A stretch of DNA of 64,000 bases from Spironucleus salmonicida (Eukaryota): positions 1,302,001-1,366,000 of the forward strand of contig NC_090601.1 in the NCBI RefSeq assembly GCF_000497125.1, in the 5' to 3' direction. This document shows, in pieces, positions 27,401 through 41,000 of this stretch; position 1 is the stretch's first letter; every line of letters begins with the position of its first letter. The notes below the pieces were generated by a model. That model did not search any database. It saw only the letters and a program-made list of their open reading frames with translations, and was not told the DNA's origin. The translations under genes were made by a program, and so were the position numbers.

Positions 27401-30400
27401 AGCAGATAAATTTTAAAGTCTACTGTTTGTTGAAGCTATTAAATGATTCGTGAAAAGATCTTTGAAAGAATCTACAAGTTATAATAATGAGGTCTTAGCA
27501 CTTCTAACATTAATCTATAGCCATCCAATTCTAACAGTAAGTGGCACATTCTATGATACTTCTTCTCTGATATTTCTATATTTTTCAATAGCATCATTAA
27601 AATCGTAAATATCAGGTATTCTATAATATTTAAGCTCCATTTCAATAGTTTAAACAGTAGGACCGTTGTCTGTTTTTTGGTTTTGTTCCCCTTCTTTACC
27701 TTCTTCTCCATTATCTTCCTATGTCTGACTATTTTACTTTACAATTGTTCTAACAATATGTTATGTTTTATCAGCCATTGCTTCAGTATCATATTCTCCA
27801 GAAAGAGGGACATTAGGACCATCCTTAAGGAATCTTTACAAATAAGCTTTCCTGTCTGTTTAATAAACAGGTTTATACTTTTCATAGTTTTATTCTTAAT
27901 CAGCAGCCATATGTGCGCGTTTAATAACTCTATTTTTAAGTTTATCTTTTGCGGCAATAAATTTAGGGTTTCTCATGATGTTGAAATGGAAATCTCTGAA
28001 ATCATTACTAGATTTCAACTTATCATCTGTACAGGATTAGGTTGGATTAGGAACACACTTAGCAACATTGCAGAAAGAATCAATCCATTGAGATAATGTT
28101 TACTCTAATGTTAATTTAGTGGCATTAGATTAAACTTATGGTTCAAAGAATAAGTCTGGATGGCGAATTAGCATATTGATTTCGATGAAAGGATATGAGC
28201 TTTCATTAATAATAGCCGACAGATTATCCAATTCATTATGCTCAATTGTTTCTGACTCATCCATATACTTTTGTAAATACTTAACATTAGTTACGACAAT
28301 GTCTAAAAGACCACATTAAATATATTCAGCTAACCATAATAAATATAGATCCCAGTACTAAACTAATTGCTCTGAATTAAAACCAATGAGTTCCATTACC
28401 TTAGTTTCTTCTTCTGAAGATGGCTTTTCTTCAGTTGGTGTGAAAAACACGGCCTGCTTAGAATTTTCTACTGCTTCTGTAATTTTTTGAGATTGAGTGT
28501 CTTTTATTTAATTAAGTTTAGTTTAAATTGTATCAGGGGTCTTATCTAAAGATACTGGAGCTTTTGCAGGTTTATCAACAAGAACTATCTTAGACCAGGC
28601 AACAAGGAGTTATTAAATAGAATTAATATTATCTTTCAGAGTAGAAACTTACATGAATAAAACGTTCAGTGGTAAGTTTAATTTATCTAAAAATATATTG
28701 ATATCAGCAGTTGAATCTTTCCATGTTAACTTATCAATACCATCAACTAACATTGACTCTATATATTAAAGTTGAGGATAGAAAAGTGGACGCTCAACAA
28801 ATACCAATTGTTTCTATACAAAATTATATTAATTTTATATAACATCGAGTTAAATCTTTGTCTAACGATAAGCATCAGCTTTAGCAAATACTTCTAAAGC
28901 ATCTTCACTTACTTCCATATCTAAAATCTTGAAAATCTTAGTTTCTTCCATAAGATCCGTAAGTTCAATAGAGAAATTAGTTTTAATTAATTTAATTAAA
29001 TCTAACTCGTCATTTCTAGTGATTCCTTCAGGAGTTATATAAACGTCATTCTAAAACTCAATTAAGTTAGGCTAGACTCTAATAATTAACTTTTCTGCAA
29101 GCTTTTCAGTACAAACCATGTCAATGCCAGATAACCATCGTTAATGTTGTTCAATTTCATACTCTTTGAGCTTTTACACGATTTCCAAGAACTTCTACCT
29201 ACTAATTTCAAATCTGTCATCTTTCACGATGCTTTCCGCACGTTCAAGATATGCAATATTCAAAGCATCAAGTTTTTTGTAAGGAACTCTAGTTTTATTC
29301 AGCAATACTCTAGACCACATAACTGCACCTGAAAGAGGTGGTTAATTCTTCTCAAGAGGAGGGTCATCTTTATTTGTTGTGAATTCATCGAATATCTTCT
29401 ATAACAAAGCTAAAAACATGTTATTAAAATGCCCAAATTTAGCTTAAACTACATTTTTAAGAACAGCCTCAGGTAATATACCTGAAAATGATTCAACAAC
29501 TGTGATTGCCTATTCTAATGTAATAGAAGAATCAATGCCAGTTTCTAAAACAGCAACTAATCTCTTCTCCCAAGAAGTATAATGTTTAATAAATTTTGCA
29601 TGATCTTCTTCGAACATATCAATTTGTAAATCGGTTGGATCATAAGTAGACTCTAAAAAGATTGCAGTTTTGGCGTTATATAAAGCAAAAATTTGTTAGA
29701 TTTACTTTGATAGTGAATCACCTTAAACACCGCCGACCTCCAACTTTTCTAATCTCTGCATACACGCATTAATAGTAATGACTCTGTGAATATCTTTGAT
29801 TCTTTCAACAAAAGCTTCGAAGCGTTTAAACACTAATGAAAGTGTTGGCCAGCACCCTTTGTTAAATTTATATCTTCTATAAGCATTAATTGAGACTTTC
29901 TCTTCTTCCTAAGGCTCTGCTTCTTCAACAGGAGCTTCTTTGGTTTCTTCTGGTTCTGCTTTTTCTTCAACAGCAGCTGCATCGGCAGCCTGATCAGCTT
30001 CAATCTTTTCTAGTTGCTTTTTCTTATTCTTTGATTGCTTTTCAATATACTCATGTTATAATTGTATCAATGCTTGACTAATTCTCTGTCTTTCGTTAGA
30101 ATCTTCCTGAGACTAATCTCCCATTTCACGACAATCTTCAACAACTTTTTCAGCATATTTCTTATAAAGAATGATGAAATCATCAGCTAATCTAGAAACA
30201 TTTTCAACTAAAATTAAAGAATCAGAAGGCTCGTTTTTAAGAATATTTTCACCTTCTAAAATAGTTCTCATCTATTTAATAATTAAGTTGCAAAGAGATC
30301 TAATTAAAAATATATATCTAGTAGAACTATTATAAAATGGAGCATGGAACCAAATAATGTATAATGCCTTAAAAATAGCTTATAAAATGTTGCTAGCTTC

Positions 30401-31357
30401 AGCGATATCAGCTTCATCTAATAACTATTAGAATAATGGGCGCAAAGGAGTCAAAAATTAAGTGTTTGAATTACATTCAGCAAGAGTCTAGTGAACTTCT
30501 TCAATAGTTTTAATTAAAGCTGGGTAATAGGTAGAGTCAATAGATTTCAAAACTTCTATAACAACTTTGGCTTTCTCAGTATTTAATTAGTCGATAATTG
30601 AGTTAAGATTGTCAGTTTTATGAACCCAGAAATCAATTTCTTCCATTGGCAAAGGATGTGATCCCTTAATGATATCCTCTGGTTGTGTATTGATAACAAC
30701 ACGAATCTACTTTATCCAATCCAAAACAACTGCTTCTACGTCATGAGCTGAATCTCTTGACTGCTTATCTAGCTAAGAAATAATAGACAAAGTTGCAGAT
30801 TCTGACTCTTACGCAATAACGCATATTTTCGAGTAAATTGAAGCTGCTTCTGAAGGAATTGGCAGCAAGCATTTTCCCTGGATCTTACCCTCAGTTGTGT
30901 AAATAACCTGTGAGAACTTGTCAGACTGCTTGACAACATCCTAATAAAGCATATCAGGCCAGTCTTTCGTGAACTGTTCAGCTTTGAGCAAGGGCAAGTA
31001 CATGTAATCGAGCTTCGTACGAAGCATTTGAACAACATTTGGCGTGTAATCGCCATAGAACAGTGAATCCTTGATAGGCTTGTCCTTTTCGAGCCTGGCA
31101 ACGCCAGCAGCTTTGGTGAAGTAAATAGCTTTGCGGCGGAAGACCTCTGGCGCCCTATCGGCGATAATGAGGTCGCCCTACTTATTCTCGTAAACGAATA
31201 CGGTGTGCACCTCCTCAGACTCGAAGAAATTCATTAACACTGCGGTGTGGTCATTCTCGGAAGCAGATTTGATAAATTTGTCCTCTTTAATCTTCAGCGA
31301 GCTTGCCACGCGGGGACGCATCCAGTTAGCACGGGGGTCATCAAACTGATCTTCCAT
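24467..31357 (-). CDS. Outer-arm dynein heavy chain beta, N-terminal half only (tail + linker + AAA1, ~2296 aa)
   Basis: N-term [16 protein letters not shown]; linker [18 protein letters not shown]1 [68 protein letters not shown]; then stop AAG TGA at 24467-24469. Confidence 0.9.
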
Positions 31358-31360
31358 GTT

Positions 31361-31386
31361 AAATTTTGCGGAAAGAGAAGGGAAAT
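31361..31386 (-). promoter_or_regulatory. C-rich core promoter motif upstream of dynein
   Basis: Minus strand ATTTCCCTTCTCTTTCCGCAAAATTT-AAC-ATG after an AT-rich tract; the same CTTTCCGC precedes the MORN5 ATG. Confidence 0.55.
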
Positions 31387-32332
31387 ATTTAGATTAAATT
31401 AAATATTATAATAATAATATTTATTTTTTGAAAAACATATTATATATATGATAAAAGGAAATGATGAGATAAAGGGGACGTAAAATTGGAGTAAACTGAA
31501 GCTTTTTGGTATCTGATATAAAAATTGGGGTTATATATCGCTTAAAGATATGATGAGAATTCTGATTAACAAATGGTGTTAAATTATAATATAAAGAGAT
31601 AATTTTCTTGAGTTGCAACTGTCAGTAAGCACTAATTTTTCATTGTCGATTTTAATTAAATCAGAAAATCATTATTATAATCATAATTTTGATAATCATA
31701 ACTATCCATATTATATATAATAAAATAATTATAATTGGTCTAATATAATTTTTTAATTAATTTATCATAGTATGATTGGTACTTAAGTAAAACCAAAGAA
31801 GAATGACTAACATAATGCAATTAAGGTAAAATACCATGTTTTTAGTATTATATATTAACTGCTTAAGCTATACACCTATATTTCAACTTACTTAAATACT
31901 AAGTAATGAATAAAAATAACGTTTTCAATTTTAAATAACTTTTGAAAATCATGTTATTATAATTTTACTGAATTTATAATAATCATACTAACTGCTTATA
32001 TTTATTAAATTATCAGGTATTAAATATCTAATTTTAAAGATAATAGCTTAGTTTAGTTTATTTAATATACTTGCTGAATAAATTATTTATTAACTACCAA
32101 TTTTGCTAAGAAGTTCAAAGTATATTACATATTATTTATATGTAATATAATTAAAAATTCTAAAATAATTAATAGTGAGGTAAATTTAAAATATGATAAT
32201 ATATATTCTTAACACTTATTAAGTATTGACTATAAAAGCAACATTTAATATAGCAATAAACAAATTAAAAAATTACTAATTATTCGATAGAAATATAATT
32301 TCATTTTTTCAAGAATAAAATTAATATTTGTA

Positions 32333-33844
32333 TCAATACCATCCGTCCGTCCAACCCTACTTCTTTATCTCGACAAATCCTTTTTTTACGACTTCGGGAT
32401 CTAGTAAATAATTATTTACTAGAACTTTTTGTTTACAATATTTTACTGGTTGTTTACTAGCAGATTTAGATTTTTTAACAAATTTATTTAAGTTTCCCTA
32501 TTGATCTAGTAACTTTTCTATACTTCTATCATGGGAGAGTTCGTTTTGATATGATTTTTTTAGTACTGAATTTTTGTACTCTTAAGCAGCTTTTCTCTGA
32601 TCAATTCTTTATTACTCAACAAACTTATCATTTTGAAATTTAACAAAATTTCCAAAATCTTTTTTCTACTAAATACGTTGCATTCGTCGTTTTCGGAGCT
32701 CATTTTAAATCTCCATTTATGACGACTTCTACTAATGAAAGTTTTTTTGCTGTTATTGTAGTTATTATTCCTTTATAAGTTATTGCTATTAAAATAATAA
32801 ATATTTATTTTCTTTCTGTTATTATTACTATAACAAATTTTCTTAAATTTAACGCATTCTTAAAGCTTTTTATGCAGTGAAAGATAGTTGATTTTAATTT
32901 TACTAAGATTTTTATTTTTGAGAGTTTTGTAGTTAAAATTATTCTAATTTTTCAAATCGATATTTAGTTTCCATTTCCTTCTTTTTAAGTAATTACTAAT
33001 GTTATACTTAAACTGATTACACACGCTTTTCTGCTTCCTTCGACTAGGATTAGCGCATTGTAACACGGTCTTCATGTAACAATTTTTTCTTTCTTTCCAT
33101 CTCTTTTACTTGGATTTCATATTCTTCACGCATTCTCTACTTATGCATTTCATTAGCATTAATAAATTATTCATCTTTACAAGCTTAACTTTAGATGTGA
33201 ACATCCCATTTATCTAGGTTTAATTGTTTTTATTCTTAGAAAAAATCTGATTTTTCATTATATTATTAAGATAATATTTTATCTTCAAACTTTTACCTTT
33301 TCTATTATCTAAACGAACTAGAGCGCTCTAAATATGTCTATGTTTTAGATAGCAAGCAATAGGCTTTTTCTTCGCGTATTTCTTAATTTTACTTTTATAG
33401 CTATGCCCAATTCATAGAATGGCGTAGATCTTTGTTAGTTGTTTTGTCTAAAGATTATGAAATAAAATTTAATTCATCAATTTATTTCTTGACTCGTAAA
33501 TCTTACTGTGTCTTTGGATATTCTGATGGTGTAAATGAAGTTTCAGATGCGATTTTACAAAAAGTAGAAAGATCTGGAAAAGCTACTTTTTCAGCAAGTG
33601 TAATCCCATTATTGATGATATTTGTATGTTCTCTTATTAATTCAATTAAAATTGCCTGCCTATCTTCTTCAAGAGCATTTTCGGCCTCTTTTCTAAAATT
33701 TGGAGGGAGATGCTTAAATCTAAATTAGATTTCCTCTAGTTTAAGAGGTTAAAGTTCAATTTAATCAATACCAAGTCTTTTACATGCTAATAAAGATCTA
33801 GGGGATGTTAAAGGGTGACCTTCCTAAAAATTTTATATTGACAT
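32333..33844 (-). CDS. Coiled-coil protein, CCDC177/DUF4659-like (~503 aa)
   Basis: N-term LTSPRSLLACKRLGID..EL motif followed by long Q/E/K-rich helices. Confidence 0.65.
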
Positions 33845-33901
33845 ATATTTGGCGGGATACTATAATAATATAATAATATATAATAATATATTAACATGAA
33901 A

Positions 33902-35473
33902 TCAATAGAAATTATCCAGCTAAAACGGGACTCGATTACTTTATCGATCTGTTGTTGACGTTACTTCATTGAATTCTTCATTAAGTTCAGAGCTTAATAC
34001 AGTGAATTCATCATACGAATGTGTAAGATGTACATCATGTTCGTTAAATCCTAGCCTTCCCCGCTCCCAACTAAATGTACCCATAAAAAATGATAGCACA
34101 ATTAATATCACCAAACAAATTAAGCTGATACCTATACTTAATGAACTAGAAAGAATTAAGTTATTTGAAGTTAATCTAAATATTGATGTGAATATAGCAG
34201 TTCCTGCAGACCAACCAAATTTTGAATTGAGTGCTACAATACTTCCAGTAATAAATGCGTATTACTTTGGGGCTGTAAATGTGTTAAATATTTAGATGCA
34301 AAGTATCATTTGCACGTTAACAAGCTCGATCATAATATATAACAATTCTATGAAGTATATATTCTAAAATTTTTATATAGCAATAAGAATTATGATAAAT
34401 AATATTAATTATAACGAAGAAGCTGTTTACATTACACGCTTATTTGTTACTTTTTTTAAAATAAAAGGATATAAAAAACAAAAACAACATGAGATAAATT
34501 ATGTTACGCCTTAAATTATACCCGATTACAAAATATCTAGATTAAAATATAATCTCCATAAAAGGGGAGTAAACCAATTAATAGATTGATAACTAATGGT
34601 AATTAGCAATATTTGTAGCATAAAAATTATAGAATTACGGTTAAATATTTAATTTGGAAAATTTTTAACTTAAGCTTTATAGTTGTATATGAAAAATAAT
34701 ATTAAGAAAACTACTCCAAATATCAACAAAAATATTTCTACAATCCAATTTCCTACTCCAACTGCAACAAACGATAAATTTATAACAATTAAGCTCATAC
34801 CAATAGATCCTAAAATAATTCCAATGAAATTACATTATGTTTTATGATTTTTTTCTGTTCTAGGTAAATAAAATAATAAAAATAGCGAATGAATTATTCC
34901 CAAAATACCTGCAAGCAAGAATACCAGTAATGGGTGATACTATACAGTAAATGTCGATAACATTAATGCAATAAGTGCTCCAAAGGGCACAAATATATCA
35001 CCTGAACCCATTGAAATTTCTAATTTACCAGGTTTTATTAGAAAGTTCATCATTGGCGCTGTTGATGTATACATTAAAGTATATCCAACTGCTGCAAATA
35101 ATCTCATCATTATAAGATAAACAAAATTTTTCCAGAAAAATATTGAGACATTAAAAATTGTAACTATAATAGATCCTAATATATAACAATTCGGTATTGT
35201 GAGTAAATCATGAAACTTTGATGAAAATAATCCCATAGTACACATTACTAATATTTCGGCATGTTGAACCAATTGAAGTGTATTAATGTTAATTTAATAA
35301 TAATCTGCATATAACACAGTAAAAGAGTATAATGTAGTATTTGTTAATGTATATAAGAATTATGGAAATGATGCAGCAAGAACAGTAAAAAATACGTTTG
35401 TATTTCCAGGTTGTAACATTGTTTTATTGAATTTATTGAAGATAGGAGGTTTAATTTAAGTAATATTAGGCAT
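33902..35473 (-). CDS. Major facilitator superfamily transporter (~523 aa), paralog of 19274-20833
   Basis: In frame with track ORF 34940-35272; shares PxQFLYxL-like N-term and GFxExDVHxT C-term with the first MFS. Confidence 0.8.
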
Positions 35474-35651
35474 ATTATATTACGGAGGATTTAAATATAG
35501 TTATGACTATTTCTTTTTTAAATGATTTTTCTTTGATTACATTTTAAGAATGAAATATATTTATTAATATACGTATATAATAATATTATACTGTATTAAA
35601 ATTAATTATATATGATATATAAATTATCAGTATTATATTTTCATTTCTTTA

Positions 35652-35927
35652 ATGTCAGCAATCATAAATAATTCGCTAAAATGGTAAGCAATTAACAACA
35701 ACGAATAAAGAAAGTCTCACTTTAAATACATAGATCCCTACTATTACTGGTTTGAAAAGAGGCAAGTAAATATGTAAAATGTATCTTTCGAGCAAGAGTT
35801 ATTATAATAGTCTAAATAGTTCTATTAGGATTACAATTTAGGTAGGATGTAATTATAAAGGCAAAACTTATACTAGAGGAGCTAAAAAGCTCAATAAAAT
35901 GTTGAAAAGTGGGCAAAAAATAAATGA
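35652..35927 (+). CDS. Small hypothetical protein (~91 aa)
   Basis: ATG after AT-rich tract; open frame to TGA. Confidence 0.45.
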
Positions 35928-36080
35928 TACTATTAGTTTTATCTGTCACAAATTATCAATTATTATATTGTAACTAAATAAATATACATACCTATCTAAT
36001 GTACATATTATATTTGTTTTCATTGTATTTTAAAATTATATTAAGTATTTTATCTATTATATGATAGATAATAAACAGAA

Positions 36081-38090
36081 ATGAATAATAATTAATCATT
36101 TTTAACAGATACTACATAAGACGAGATTATAGAGTTCACTTAGTAATTGAAACTAAAATGTGAATTAATGTTAAATATGCTACCAAAATAAGATTAAATT
36201 ATGGAATTGTATAATTACATTAATTAGTAAAATATTACTGATGTAATAAGAGGTATCTGGTATAGTAAAGTATTAGTTTTGATTAATTAAACTATTCAAC
36301 AGCTAGAAATATATCCTGGAATTGATTAATTGTATAATAAGCCTGAAAAGTAGTAATTTAGTATGACATATTTTAACAGTAATCATTAAAAAACTATATT
36401 TAAGGAATTAATGAGTTAATCATTGGGGTCAAATTAATAAGTACAAGATATTTAAAATATCGATTTGTTAGAGTTTGTTTAATATCTCTTATTTTAGTTG
36501 GTCAAATTGGAAGATATGCAAGATAATACATTAACGCAGCGTAGTATATAAGAATCTGAAATTACAGTATAAGTAAAGCCAACATATATAAATATATTAA
36601 AAAATAAAGTAGTTACGCAGAAGATCACTTAGCGTTATTATAAAAAATTGGAATCATGTTAAAAATTTATAGATAACTACTAGTTTAATGAAGTTATATA
36701 TTTATTTTTATAAAAATTTGATGAAGTTAAACTAAATTTAGATTTTATGTTAGTGCAATCTATAAAAGATCTAAATGATCCTAGTTTAAATGATTTATTG
36801 ACGGAAATGAAGATATGTTAACCACTGCCTGAATTTACTATCTAAGCATAATATTAAGATAAAAATAATATGTTATAGTAATAGTTTGATAATTTAACGA
36901 TACAATATAATGAAATTTTTAAGGAATTGATGTAACTTAGGTCTTAATATTAAACAAATCACTCACAAAATTAAAACAGTTCTACCTATCTGTAGTACTC
37001 AAGAGTATTACAGTGCGAAACGGATGACATAACTGATTTGTAATTAGTGAATATAGGTATCTAAACTTCAGATTAGTGTGATTATTATATTAATGAGTAA
37101 GATAGTATAAGCTAATAGCAAGGATCATATTTTAATACAGATATTAGTTTTAATATTAGCAACATTTATATTAGATCCTTAGCATATATTGATTAAATAA
37201 AATTAGAAGAGGAATAATTATTAGATATTTATGAATTTCTTTATTTGAAACCAGAATATATTGCCGTAAATAGTATAGATGGTATTTTATAAGAGCCAGA
37301 AAAAAAGTATATAGGAATAACCGAATTATAATTAGATATTAACAAATATTAATAATAAAATTTAAAATTATAATAAGATATTCAATTGTTATAAGTTAAT
37401 AGTAATGAGATTTAGAAATAAAATGATGTATAGATGTTAAATCTAAACGGTTTATAAAAATAATTTAAAACGGTGAAAGCTTCACTATAAAAATAATTAT
37501 TAGGTTTAAAGTTAAAAATTAAAAAATCATAAACTATGACAAATAATCTCTTATTCATTAATTCTTAACAATCTACTAATGTGTTGTTAGCAAATGCGAC
37601 CGTGAATGAAATTACCTTAACTGTATAGAGATTGTAACTAGAGTAATAATTATGGTAGGAGGATTATAATGATGCATTGAAATAACTTAAAAATAAAAAG
37701 CCCTTAAAACCATTAAAAAATACTGTTAGTAATGTTCAGGTTGATAATCAAATCTAAACAGATGATATGACGGTACATGAGATCATTAACAATAATCGTT
37801 CCATTTAGGTATCATATAATAATATAGATGTCGAAAATTCCAGTAAATAGAATCACTTTCTTGATTTATCTTCTAGATATGATGCATTATAATCAGTAAT
37901 TAAACTTTAAAAGCATATTATTGATCTTGAAAAGGAATTAACATAGGAAAAATGTAAATCACTCAGGTTTTAGTAGTAAACAAGTTTATAACGGCATGAT
38001 GTATTTGAATTGAGGTCAAAAATTTCAACATTATTAGGAAATTCATCAGATGGTGGTTTGCTTTTAAGTATGTAAGTGTCAAAGTAGTGA
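36081..38090 (+). CDS. Hypothetical coiled-coil protein (~669 aa), paralog of the convergent repeat protein
   Basis: Open frame; ends TAG TGA; N-term CELMLNMLPKQDQIMELYNYI aligns with CTLLLNILPQQKQLKELYDFV of 38079-42396. Confidence 0.7.
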
Positions 38091-41000
38091 TGCCAGCATT
38101 ATTGTAATAATTACTATAATACTTGCAACAGTAACATTTTGGTGAGATTTCTTATTATTTTATTATAGAAGAAATTGTTTGTCCGCTTCTAGTTACTCTT
38201 ATTTGTTTGTTAACCGTAAAATATCATAACTAATTTTATTTCTTGATGTTTATAAGGATTTTTACAGTGATTATTAAGGTTATATTTACTATATTTATAA
38301 TGATTTTACAAAAGATAGTTCTTATTTTAAATTATTGAGCTAATTTTAAATATGTTCAATATTTATTTCTGGTTAAGATTAGATAATATTTGCAGGTTTC
38401 ATACGTTAGTTTAAGCGTTTCTATATTCTTTTATGAAATGGTAGAAGCTATGACAATCTTAGGATCCTATTCTATTATGTTTGCAATAGGATTACATCTG
38501 TGCTGTGTGATTATATTTTACTTAATTTTAGTTCATCTAAATTGGAGTCTTTAACTATTTGGGTAGTTACTTGCTTCAGAAAGGTAGCACGCTCTTCCTC
38601 TGGTAGGTTCAGCAACGCAGCACGCTCTTCCTCTGGTAGGTTCAGCAACGCAGCACGCTCTTCCTCTGGTAGGTTCAGCAACGCAGCACGCTCTTCCTCT
38701 GGTAGGTTCAGCAACGCAGCACGCTCTTGCTCTGATAAGTTCAGGAAGTTAGCACGCTCTTCCTCTGGTAGGTTCAGGAGGGCAGCACGCTCTTCCTCTG
38801 GTAGGTTCAGCAACGCAGCACGCTCTTGCTCTGATAAGTTCAGGAAGTTAGCACGCTCTTCCTCTGGTAGGTTCAGCAACGCAGCACGCTCTTCCTCTGG
38901 TAGGTTCAGGAGGGCAGCACGCTCTTCCTCTGGTAGGTTCAGCAACGCAGCACGCTCTTGCTCTGATAAGTTCAGCAACGCAGCACGCTCTTCCTCTGGT
39001 AGGTTCAGCAACGCAGCACGCTCTTGCTCTGATAAGTTCAGGAAGTTAGCACGCTCTTCCTCTGGTAGGTTCAGGAGGGCAGCACGCTCTTCCTCTGGTA
39101 GGTTCAGGAAGTTAGCACGCTCTTCCTCTGGTAGGTTCAGCAACGCAGCACGCTCTTCCTCTGGTAGGTTCAGCAACGCAGCACGCTCTTGCTCTGATAA
39201 GTTCAGGAAGTTAGCACGCTCTTCCTCTGGTAGGTTCAGGAAGTTAGCACCCTCTTCCTCTGGTAGGTTCAGCAACGCAGCACGCTCTTGCTCTGATAAG
39301 TTCAGGAAGTTAGCACGCTCTTCCTCTGGTAGGTTCAGGAGGGCAGCACGCTCTTGCTCTGATAAGTTCAGGAAGTTAGCACCCTCTTCCTCTGGTAGGT
39401 TCAGCAACGCAGCACGCTCTTCCTCTGGTAGGTTCAGCAACGCAGCACGCTCTTGCTCTGATAAGTTCAGGAAGTTAGCACGCTCTTCCTCTGGTAGGTT
39501 CAGGAGGGCAGCACGCTCTTGCTCTGATAAGTTCAGGAAGTTAGCACCCTCTTCCTCTGGTAGGTTCAGCAACGCAGCACGCTCTTCCTCTGGTAGGTTC
39601 AGCAACGCAGCACGCTCTTGCTCTGATAAGTTCAGGAAGTTAGCACGCTCTTCCTCTGGTAGGTTCAGGAGGGCAGCACGCTCTTCCTCAGGTAGGTTCA
39701 GGAAGTTAGCACGCTCTTCCTCTGATAAGTTCAGGAAGTTAGCACGCTCTTGCTCTGGTAGGTTCAGCAACGCAGCACGCTCTTGCTCTGGTAGGTTCAG
39801 CAACGCAGCACGCTCTTCCTCTGGTAGGTTCAGCAACGCAGCACGCTCTTGCTCTGATAAGTTCAGGAAGTTAGCACGCTCTTCCTCTGGTAGGTTCAGG
39901 AGGGCAGCACGCTCTTCCTCTGGTAGGTTCAGCAACGCAGCACGCTCTTGCTCTGATAAGTTCAGGAAGTTAGCACGCTCTTCCTCTGGTAGGTTCAGCA
40001 ACGCAGCACGCTCTTGCTCTGATAAGTTCAGGAAGTTAGCACCCTCTTCCTCTGGTAGGTTCAGCAACGCAGCACGCTCTTCCTCTGGTAGGTTCAGCAA
40101 CGCAGCACGCTCTTGCTCTGATAAGTTCAGGAAGTTAGCACGCTCTTCCTCTGGTAGGTTCAGCAACGCAGCACGCTCTTGCTCTGATAAGTTCAGGAAG
40201 TTAGCACGCTCTTCCTCTGGTAGGTTCAGGAGGGCAGCACGCTCTTCCTCTGGTAGGTTCAGGAAGTTAGCACGCTCTTCCTCTGATAAGTTCAGGAAGT
40301 TAGCACGCTCTTGCTCTGGTAGGTTCAGCAACGCAGCACGCTCTTGCTCTGGTAGGTTCAGCAACGCAGCACGCTCTTCCTCTGGTAGGTTCAGGGGGCA
40401 GCACGCTCTTCCTCTGGTAGGTTCAGCAACGCAGCACGCTCTTCCTCTGGTAGGTTCAGCAACGCAGCACCCTCTTCCTCTGGTAGGTTCAGCAACGCAG
40501 CACGCTCTTCCTCTGGTAGGTTCAGGAAGGTAGCACCCTCTTCCTCTGGTAGGTTCAGCAACGCAGCACGCTCTTCCTCTGGTAGGTTCAGGAGGCAGCA
40601 CGCTCTTCCTCTGGTAGGTTCAGCAACGGCAGCACGCTCTTCCTCTGGTAGGTTAGGTTCAGGAGGCAGCACGCTCTTCCTCTGGTAGGTTCAGCACGCA
40701 GCACGCTCTTCCTCTGGTAGGTTCAGGGGGCAGCACGCTCTTCCTCTGGTAGGTTCAGGAAGGCAGCACGCTCTTCCTCTGGTAGGTTCAGGAGGCAGCA
40801 CGCTCTTCCTCTGGTAGGTTCAGGAGGCAGCACGCTCTTCCTCTGGTAGGTTCAGGAAGGTAGCACGCTCTTCCTCTGGTAGGTTCAGGAGGCAGCACGC
40901 TCTTCCTCTGGTAGGTTCAGGAAGGTAGCACCGCTCTTCCTCTGGTAGGTTCAGGAAGGTAGCACGCTCTTCCTCTGGTAGGTTCAGGGGAGCACGCTCT

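Noticed and set aside
31400-32330. Short ORFs in AT-rich tracts (also 46860-47420, 48490-49500, 51840-52370, 53300-53980)
   Set aside because: With a single stop codon, open frames arise readily in AT-rich DNA; no motifs or convincing start/stop context.
33861-33892. Short TATAATAATA tandem repeat
   Set aside because: Ordinary low-complexity AT tract in a short intergenic/promoter region.
38500-40533. 677-aa plus-strand ORF of RSSSGRFSNAA repeats
   Set aside because: Antisense shadow of the 33-bp array; only the minus-strand frame connects in frame to unique N- and C-terminal coding sequence.
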